DNA from: Asterionella formosa
Taxonomy: Eukaryota
Length of the DNA stretch: 55,970 nt
Assembly (NCBI GenBank): GCA_002256025.1
Contig: NKIB01013530.1
Coordinates: forward strand, 1-55,970
Direction: 5' to 3'
The notes beneath the pieces were generated by a model. That model was not told where the DNA came from. It saw nothing but the letters and a program-made list of their open reading frames with translations, and did no database searches. Within the stretch, counting starts at the first letter, position 1. Each line of letters begins with the position of its first letter. The position numbers and the translations under genes were made by a program. Positions 47,924 through 55,970 of this stretch are shown here, piece by piece.

Positions 47924-48083
47924 GAGGGTCATTTTAGGTTATTCCGCACCTAAAATTCAGGAAATGATTGAGAATATTTTCTCGTCCTACAGACAAATGT
48001 TGGTACAAGGCTACAGACGAAGTTAAACTTCCTTTTCAGTTCTTGGAATTTTAGGTGCAGGAAAACCTAATAATGACTCCCTG
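47924..48083. mobile_element. ~160-bp MITE with ~45-bp imperfect TIRs
   Basis: GAGGGTCATTTTAGGTTATTCCGCACCTAAAATTCAGGAA pairs with TTCTTGGAATTTTAGGTGCAGGAAAACCTAATAATGACTCCCTG. Related motifs at ~47895-47924 and ~51039-51070. Confidence 0.65.
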
Positions 48084-48183
48084 CATTCAATACTTTTGTA
48101 CAGTTTAAAACGGATGACGGATTCTGATGGTTCATACCGTACTTAGCTTGAGGTCGGTACGTGATGCATTGGATGTACCAGTA

Positions 48184-48931
48184 CCACTTAAAAACTGTAA
48201 GCAACCGTTATTTTACTCCATCTTCCGACTAAAAAATATTCAAGTAATATAACAATCGAAACCTGATGCAAGTACGAAGTGTATGTTACACGATGCACTC
48301 TTTTCTACGAATAAGTTATCAGTTTCGATTCAGTGTATAAAGCCATGAAGATCTAATTTTTTTAAAGTCATTAAGATTGTTGCATAGCGGTGGCTTACAG
48401 TGCATATTTTTCTATACATACATGAGTATATTTTCCCCCCAAACCGTGATTATTTTTACTCCGTTTACACTACAGAAACTATTTTCGTATTACTTTACCT
48501 TTTTTGCGCGATGCAGTATGCTTTTTGCGCTTGCATCATCACCGAATTCTTCTGATGCATAATGTATTCGAAAGCACAATGACGTCGTACACACATTTAA
48601 TAATGCTAAATTAATTCTATGGCAAGAATTTCTCCAAATACATGTGCACGTGTAGAAAGACGATGCCAGTTCAATAGAGTAAACATGAAATTTTCCATTT
48701 TTCGCAATTTCGCGTCGACAGCAACCTTTGGGCCGTAATAAGTAGTTAACAACTTACACAATGCAACAATACAAGTACGTACGTATTTACTCGCTATATA
48801 AATCTGAACAACTCCTTCGTGACAATAATTAACGTATCTTCCAAACTAAGTTCAAACCGTGCGTTTACTCCGTTTAGCGGTGGCTTACAGTTCAAAAGTC
48901 GTCATAGCGGTGGCTTACAGTTTTTAAGTGG
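48184..48931. mobile_element. Complete 748-bp non-autonomous pogo-like element, TA TSD
   Basis: 28-bp TIRs (CCACTTAAAAACTGTAAGCAACCGTTAT and ATAGCGGTGGCTTACAGTTTTTAAGTGG, 2 mismatches) with TA on both sides. Internal TAGCGGTGGCTTACAG repeats at ~48385 and ~48876. Same family as 37168. Confidence 0.92.
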
Positions 48932-49013
48932 TACCAGGCACCAGGTACCTGATAGGCACCTGACATCGAGCATTGATGTACCGGTAGATAAATAGAGAAT
49001 TATACTGGACGGT

Positions 49014-49675
49014 AGTTGGTAGATGCTATGTATCTGTAGCTCTCACGCAGTAAAATTTGCTAGAAAAAATGTTTCTACACAATTTGTTTGTTTTACTTTG
49101 CTTGCTAATAATTGTTTTTATAAAAGAGTGAGCTTAATGTAAATGTAAATTTAAATGTATAATTTTGAAACTTCCAAGCTCATGTATGTTTCAAAATAGA
49201 GGTGATCTTCGGAGGCGAGGTTCATATGTGTTCCCAACTTGAACTGAGAATAAACTACATCCTCTTCCTAAATACACATTTGTCTTAATCTTGGCCTTGT
49301 CTCAACTTAGGCCAGATGCTGTTTGATCGAAGACTGCTAACAGAATGATCCTGTTAATCATAACTAGATCATATCTAGTTTGCTTCTTTAATGTTCCTTG
49401 ATGTTGCGGACATATCTGTAATTGTCTAGTCAATCATTTATTGATTTGGCTTCTAGGTCTGATCGCCTTCTAGAGTCCAATTAACAGGTTAGAGAGAACT
49501 TCTCCTGAAAGTTCCTCTCTCAACTGTGGCATTTTACACGCGATATTTAACCATGTAATCTTGAATCAATCATCTAGTGGGTTGTGGTACATGTTCCTAA
49601 TCAGGTCACTAGAGGCGAAAATATATTGACACTCATAACCTGATCTGGAATCAGGAATCTCTATGTGTTTCAACT
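49014..49675. mobile_element. 662-bp interspersed element, copy 2 (AGTTG..CAACT ends; 5-bp TSD ACGGT), inverted relative to copy 1
   Basis: Flanked by ACGGT at 49009-49013 and 49676-49680. TATAAAAG at ~49119 and AATAAA at ~49249 on the plus strand. Confidence 0.85.
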
Positions 49676-52184
49676 ACGGTACTCATGACTTACTATGATA
49701 TTATGGAGTATTAATACCGGTACGAGGTACCAGGTAACTGGTACCTGATGGATGCGCATACATACATGTCAGTACGTACCGGTGTGTTGTAGAATTTTGT
49801 CGGCATGAACTTTTCTTTGTCCTGCTTGTCATTAAATATTGCGAAACCATATGATCGGTCTACAGTTTGCCACGGCTCACCTTTGTCATTGCTAGCTACG
49901 GATGTGCTCATTTGTATGAAGCGACGATCGATTATCGCAGCAATCAACCGAAATCCATGCTGTCTCGTCAATCTCTGAAATACTAGCTAGTATGCAGCAA
50001 AATTGCAGGTGAACTTTGGGTTGTAGTATCTTGTGACAGTTGCATGTTGGTAATGCGACCACCATTCTAACAGCTCGTTGCATGTGTGGATGTCATTTTA
50101 AAATAGAATGTTGATGACTAGATATCATGACAGCCATGAAAATGTTTGTTTGATTATGCAGTCGTCTGATTTATACTGTTTACCATCCATGCCTAGTATA
50201 GAGTCATATGTCTTCGTTTTCGTCGCCAATTCAAGCCCAATTGGTTGCCCGCTATCATCGATTAACCACCCTGTTCTTATTGCTAAAAAACCCTTCGAAC
50301 GTGTTTGTCTATTATTCTCCGAATTCAAGTTTTTAAACTCTGGCGCATTTTTGATTGTTGAATTGAATCAAGCTTTCTGGATTCTCTATCACCATGTCAT
50401 GCAAATTTGTCACTGAAGGTCCACCATTTGTTGCAAGCTGATAAAGCAGGTCGGGTAGTTAAAAATTCACACAAATAACATGATTCTTTGATGGATTTAA
50501 GAGATGATTGAACTCGCTCCATAAGCCTATCATTGAGGCTTCATCAGCGATGCAAGGAGTGCATGAAGCTAAACTCACAATGTGCAAGATTATTCAAAGT
50601 AGCTAGGAGTATGGATAAATCTACTACTAAAGAATACAATGTTACCATCGAAACTCTGATTTTGAAACTTTGATGCTAATGAATTGCTACTAGTAGTTAT
50701 TGAAATGAACAAAGGAATTAATTTGGTTCAAGCAGTCAACCGAAGAATCAGGCCACGATTGTTGAATGTTGTCAACAATTTTCAACAGAACAAGTAGTAC
50801 TGACACTACTAATAGCTAGATATTCATTTCATCTACATTCTATCATTTGGTTGAGGTTGAAATGAAGTGATAGTGAGTCGTAATTTACATATTGTGTGTA
50901 TGCTATAGTTACAATATTTTTTGTCATCTGCTCCACCACCCTGCAACGTATTATCAGTACTTTCTGTATTAGGTATGGATGGGTGTGGTCCGCCCGAGGT
51001 AGAAGTCGTTCTCGTGTGTACATTTTGCTCCGACCATTTTTTAGGTGTCGGTTTGACCTAAAATTCAGGGTGTGAATAAGAAGTACCGGTACGTGCGAAT
51101 AGAATTTCGCATGAAATTTGGAAAATAAACAGCGAGGTCTGTGCATTAGGTATACACAAAAGGAATTTTCCGCATAGCGAGGAAATACGGAGTTTCCCGT
51201 ACCTCCATGTATGTACTTGTTTGTACCTGATGCAATTACCCGGTAATATACTTAGATGCTAGAGGACTAACTGTTTTTATACAGATCGACAGTTTCCGAT
51301 TCACATCTATGTAACTAATTAAAAACGCAGTTTTTCGAGTAAGCGAGCCACTCGTAGACAACGGTATGCAGGCAACACTCATCTTTAACAAGAGTACCAG
51401 GAACCAGGGACTGAAAAAAAGCACAAGCAAGGACTATCGAATGGCCCGACGCCTGCCGACTCAACTCCAACCAGGTTACAATGTCAAAAAGTAAAATAAA
51501 TATTCTTGTAATCTTTAAATAAAGTACCGGTAGGTAAATTGTAATGTTCAGAAGTGAAGAATTCATTTCGCTCTCCAAGCAGGCAGTGGGGCTCCTCGGC
51601 TCATTCCCAGATGTCCCTGTGGTCAAATGGCGGACCGGCGACAACACTCGTTTTCACCCGTATTATAACAGTTTGTCGCGCTGGCTGGTATTCAGTTTAA
51701 TTCCTTGCATGTTGGCTGCGGCTTTTGAGGAAGAGAATACCGGGTATGCTCCCCGTTAAATATGTTTTAATTGTGAGTTGCATGCATCCGTTCATTTATA
51801 TAAGTATATTGTGTTTCAATTAGCATCAACATACAGCTACGTATACATCATTTCTCCGTTGAAACATTTTTGTGGGGGTCAATCGATAAATCATATGTTT
51901 GTAATTTTGTGCGAAGCAATGCTGGCGTAACTCTTTATTCATGTTATCTACCGCTCAGACCGATTCCAGTTAACAGCTTCCATCGCCTGATCACAAACGA
52001 AGATCAACTGTCCCATTCTGTATCAAGGAGCATTGTTGACGTCTAAAAAAACTTCCAGCTTGCGAGATCTTGGATTAATCCCTTAATTTGCGATTGCTCA
52101 GTAGTCTTGTCAATAGGGCGCCAAACTTCCGTAGTCCCACCCAGCGCCTTTGCCTTCAATTCTCTTCGATAGCACTCCGTCACG

Positions 52185-53801
52185 ATGGTGGCTGCACCTC
52201 CATTGAACTTCTGTGTCGGTCCCTTGCCTTCCGACATGCGAAGATCTAACCCCTGCGGGCCTCCATCCGGCGGTAGCGTGATGGGAGGGTTCATGACGAA
52301 TATCATGACGCCGATCATGTCGTGCTGGCAGCCTCCTATCAATGCTTGCGTCACGCCGTCGCGACCCTTACAGCGAACGCCCCCTGTCATGGTGTCACCA
52401 GTGGTGGATCGGTATAGGCAAGGATCGAAGACAGAACATATTAGAGACCCTCATGCCAACGATGTCCTGTGCGGCAGAGGCGGTTCAAGCAATCGCCATG
52501 TTGGGAATTTGAATTTCAGGAGCCTGGTATCTGCCAACAAGGAAATGTATGTCACGCTCACGAAGAAACAAAAGATGATGGTTGCTCGAAAGATTGTCGA
52601 GACGATTCACGGACAAGAACCTCCTGGGAGATTTCTGCAGAAGGATCTCAACACAGGAACGTGGTTTGATATTGGCTTGCCGCGATCGTTGGAGAAGACT
52701 TCGCAAGCATTGAGGGAAAAGGCGTCCACGGGGCTTTCGTCACCAGACGACGCACTTTCTGATGTTGGAACCGACGTTGACACTGATGTGGGCACTGATG
52801 TCGGGACCGACCCCGGTACAGATCCAGGCTGTCATTCACCGACTCCTGTGTCTCCTCAAAGCATTGGACATAGCTCTCCTGTGGCGAGTTCGGCATCAAA
52901 GAGCAAACCGATTGTTGAGATCCCTGATATCTGTATCCCTCAACATCTGACTGCTCAATTCAGCCCTCACACCCCAGTAGTGGACTCCCATCCCCCCAGG
53001 CATGGGCTACCCCCTGCATCGTGGGACTACGGTCCCACACCTTCCCAACCCTATCTGCATCACTATCCTCCGCCACCTGACAGTGTCTACTCTCACTATC
53101 ACCAGCCCCGTCCTACGTATTCCTCAGGTCCACCACCTTCTTATGATCACCACCGTGATTACAGACACGTGTACCGACAACCGTATCCTCAAGCGTACCC
53201 TCCACAAGCCTATCATTCGCGGCATGCTCCTGCACCATATCCACCTGTCACAAGTTCGGGTCCTCCACCCTCCAGCCACTATCATTCTGCTCATCCTATC
53301 CCATCGTCACCTGAACGACATCACAGTTATAGATTACCTCCACCAACTACTCCTGTGCTTAGCTCAAGTCGCAACGGCTCACAGTCCGGTCACCCAAGCA
53401 AATCATCCCCTGGGCCCATGCCGTCCACTGCTAATCGAGCGAGTCGAGAAAAGGTCGACGTTTCTCCAGGCCGTGCCCAACTCCCAAAGAAACCCAGACA
53501 CCACAGTCCTCTCTCGAACGCAGCAAAGCAAGAATCGCATCGGTCATCCTCCAGCAGTCATAACAGTGCATCATCGCTGTCACGAGATATGCAGAATCGC
53601 CTCACGTTCCATGACCATTCGAATCCAATGCAAATTGGTAGTACTGCTCATGCGATTATATCGCCAACAAGTTTGTCCCAGTCTCGAGTTAGTGTCCGAC
53701 GATCGGCTTCAAAGGACTCAAGATCGAATCCTTTATCCGGTCTGGCTGCGCTGTCGAGTGCTGCGTTGATGAAGCTTGACGAAGGGGAGAAGAAGGATTG
53801 A
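52185..53801 (+). CDS. DUF6824-domain protein (diatom-expanded putative DNA-binding regulator)
   Basis: PHANDVLCGRGG..HVGNLNFRSLV..K..VARKIV..PPGRFL..W..EKTSQALRE. Followed by a (TDVG)-type 4-aa repeat, a P/Y/H-rich region and C-terminal LSGLAALSSAAL. Confidence 0.9.
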   Translation: MVAAPPLNFCVGPLPSDMRRSNPCGPPSGGSVMGGFMTNIMTPIMSCWQPPINACVTPSRPLQRTPPVMVSPVVDRYRQGSKTEHIRDPHANDVLCGRGGSSNRHVGNLNFRSLVSANKEMYVTLTKKQKMMVARKIVETIHGQEPPGRFLQKDLNTGTWFDIGLPRSLEKTSQALREKASTGLSSPDDALSDVGTDVDTDVGTDVGTDPGTDPGCHSPTPVSPQSIGHSSPVASSASKSKPIVEIPDICIPQHLTAQFSPHTPVVDSHPPRHGLPPASWDYGPTPSQPYLHHYPPPPDSVYSHYHQPRPTYSSGPPPSYDHHRDYRHVYRQPYPQAYPPQAYHSRHAPAPYPPVTSSGPPPSSHYHSAHPIPSSPERHHSYRLPPPTTPVLSSSRNGSQSGHPSKSSPGPMPSTANRASREKVDVSPGRAQLPKKPRHHSPLSNAAKQESHRSSSSSHNSASSLSRDMQNRLTFHDHSNPMQIGSTAHAIISPTSLSQSRVSVRRSASKDSRSNPLSGLAALSSAALMKLDEGEKKD

Positions 53802-54645
53802 GTAATGCCTTTATAACCCTTGTGCATTGCATTGAAAAGCAAGAGCAATACCTGAAGGGAAATCAAAGCCAAATCCAGGGAATCGTGTTCAATCTCGCGG
53901 AAGTTAAATTCTTACATTTTATTATATCCAATGATAACTATAGTAGCTTTTATGAGCAATCACCTTGTGCAAGAAAACTCCTCTAATACTATGTCTGTTA
54001 ATTCAATATCCTGCAAACTACTATATCAATGACCATAACATGTTATATTATCTGGCCTGAAACGAAGAAAGAATTTGTTGATGGTTTAATGGCAAGAACG
54101 AGAAAAAAAAGGGATTTGATAAACGCATACCATGTCCTTTGCCATGGAACTTGCCAATAAGCAAAACGAAAAAGCCTAAGGAACATGTTAATAAAAAATT
54201 CCTCTTCTTATACCCTTCCATACACGATAGTATAATTTAAGCCGGCGATGGGAGAAGCAAGTGAAGTCGATACTGGGTTCCGAAATCATGCTGTTGAATT
54301 CCTCCAAAGATCGAGTTAACGTTTCATTATTGCCAAACTCAACATCGAATTCCTTGTCTGGATCGAGTGGGACATTAATGACGCTAGCTGATGAGCAGAG
54401 GAATAGATAAATAGTGTCTTGTATACTGATTTGCTGTTGAGTGTTCAAGAGCAAGTGGCATGATAAACCAAATGTAAATCAAAGCAATATTCCATGAATT
54501 CTTTTACTCTCACTTCCGTGTAAGTTTTCAATTTCTAGTATCCTATTTTGTAGCAACAGATGTGATTATAAACACACTTGCAACATTTTCTACATATAAT
54601 ACATTACATAATCTATCAAGCTGAAGTTTAGGTCTGAGAAGCTTG

Positions 54646-55605
54646 TTATGAAGAAGATAAGGTGGCGTCCTTGACCTCTTGTGGTAGTTCCATCTTGGCC
54701 AGTCTCATGGCATGTCCATCGTGCGCCCAAACAACAGCTGCTGTCGCCGACAAGAAATGCCATGCACTGTGCAGAAAGGCATAATGAGGTCCTGCAACCA
54801 CCAATGTTCCGAATCCGACGGCACTCAGAATGGTGGTGGTTCGACTGGGTTTCCCACACCGGTGCCAAAAGTAGAAAATTGCCGAAATTGCAACTGCATG
54901 ATCAATATAGCAAAGCATTTCTGCCAATTTAAAACTGCCTAATGCTTGAACCGTATGAAAGCATGTGCTAACAAAACCAGCTGTCAATACCAGGACTCCA
55001 AGCAAAGGGTAACCTTGAAGAGTTTTTGGCAACTTGGCATGCGCCAAAGTGCCCGTTTCGCGGAGGAGAAGATAAGAGCCTGATATAAAGTAAGAAATGT
55101 TGCTTCCGAGAAAGAAGCCGATGATGAGTTTGGCGTACGGTGAATTGAGAATGTGGTCCATCCTAGTAAGTGGCCACCATTTAGGCATGGAAGCTACAGT
55201 TCCAAGAACGAGGGAAGAATACACTGGTACAAAAGCAAGAAGCATAGGCAAGCACCACCAGCATCGGCGAAATGATTTCCAGACAGAAATCACAGTAGAT
55301 CCAATGACAGTGGGCAGGGTCATTATGGCCGGACCATTCACGGCAAAATTTTGGTGAACGTCATCATTTATAGCTTCATTAGATACAGTCGCCAAATCAC
55401 TGGATAAGTTGTTGTCTGTCTTCGAAAGTTTGGTTTTGTGAATACCATCATCGTGCCATACTGAAATACCCTTCCAATTTGAGCCTTTGACGCTCGTTTT
55501 GGCCAATGATACTTGCAGAGCATCTGCTACAGATACATCGATCCAGACGAGGAGGAGAACCAACACAGCGAGTGAGGCCTTATGGTAGTTTGCCCTTATG
55601 AGCAT
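54646..55605 (-). CDS. CREST-superfamily membrane protein (ceramidase/PAQR/Per1/SID-1/TMEM8-like) with signal peptide
   Basis: Multi-TM protein with SxxxH (STCFH), Asp (YIDH) and HxxxH (HSAWH). ATG at 55605 precedes a hydrophobic signal sequence. The track start at 55659 is GTG. Confidence 0.7.
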   Translation of the reverse strand: MLIRANYHKASLAVLVLLLVWIDVSVADALQVSLAKTSVKGSNWKGISVWHDDGIHKTKLSKTDNNLSSDLATVSNEAINDDVHQNFAVNGPAIMTLPTVIGSTVISVWKSFRRCWWCLPMLLAFVPVYSSLVLGTVASMPKWWPLTRMDHILNSPYAKLIIGFFLGSNISYFISGSYLLLRETGTLAHAKLPKTLQGYPLLGVLVLTAGFVSTCFHTVQALGSFKLAEMLCYIDHAVAISAIFYFWHRCGKPSRTTTILSAVGFGTLVVAGPHYAFLHSAWHFLSATAAVVWAHDGHAMRLAKMELPQEVKDATLSSS

Positions 55606-55970
55606 GCTGTTATTGTTATCGGTCAATTTATGGACAATAAACCCGCGAATGCTGAACACCTACATAACACTTCCTCCACCCGAAAGTGCAGAATTCAACT
55701 GGTGCTGTGGCGCGAGACTGACTACGGTACCGGTATAATGGGAACAAAAAGGATTCGAATTCTCAGCCAACGGTATGATAAACATGTAAGTACTGTGGTA
55801 TTACTTGTAAAAATCAACCCAGGTTGTATTTTTCTGTAGGCCTCAAGTATCGTTCTACTGCGGATGGTAAAATACCTTGACGGTATTTTTCCGTACTTGA
55901 TCACGAGAAAATACAGTATTGTACAACAAAGAAAAAATCAACCCGGTTGCATTGACGGTTGATTTTGTAC

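Noticed and set aside
8860..49675. The two inverted 662-bp copies as TIRs of a 41-kb composite transposon
   Set aside because: Each copy has its own distinct 5-bp TSD on both sides, so they are independent insertions, and no inversion between them has occurred.
49711..50420. Chain of short minus-strand ORFs
   Set aside because: Possibly a decayed gene, but no family is recognisable, so it is not called.
54188..54454. 88-aa ORF between convergent genes
   Set aside because: TTG start, no motif and no clear splice link to its neighbours.
1540..55357. Many 60-255-aa ORFs overlapping the real genes (e.g. 2226-2609, 10237-10659, 53002-53769)
   Set aside because: They are antisense or alternate-frame shadows of well-supported CDSs.
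240..55735. GGTACC/ACCGGT/CCWGG as restriction-modification or uptake sites, or as telomeric repeats
   Set aside because: The sequence is eukaryotic, the motifs are excluded from CDS, they are palindromic and heterogeneous, and one is demonstrably an insertion at a TA.
1..55970. tRNA, rRNA, Helitron or reverse-transcriptase sequences
   Set aside because: None recognised by eye. tRNAscan-SE, Infernal and HMM searches would be needed to exclude them.

Overview
Eukaryotic nuclear DNA, most likely a diatom: short GT-AG introns, a DUF6824-type gene, a signal peptide with an ASAFAP-like cleavage site, and stramenopile-type transposases. The two gene-dense flanks hold an AlkB-like dioxygenase, DNAJC21/Jjj1, an ankyrin-like protein, transportin-1, QCR7 and a phytol-kinase-like gene on the left, and DUF6824 and a CREST-type membrane hydrolase on the right. 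Between them lie two AT-rich islands of decayed DNA transposons (~15.4-38.7 kb and ~41.5-51.2 kb), separated by one intact host gene. The islands contain Plavaka/CACTA, pogo, IS630/Tc1 and Harbinger relics, MITEs and ~190-bp satellites. Three observations stand out. (1) TACCGGTA and TACCWGGTA are strongly over-represented outside coding sequence, and paralog comparisons show such motifs are TA-duplicating insertions matching the CCA..TGG ends of a pogo family in the window, consistent with an excision-footprint landscape concentrated near promoters. (2) A 662-bp element occurs twice, each copy with non-canonical AGTTG..CAACT ends and its own perfect 5-bp TSD at an NCGGT site. (3) Transposon-embedded arrays of predicted micro-exons are present, one of them frame-preserving (36/36/36/39 nt). 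Family assignments come from motif recognition by eye, not database searches.
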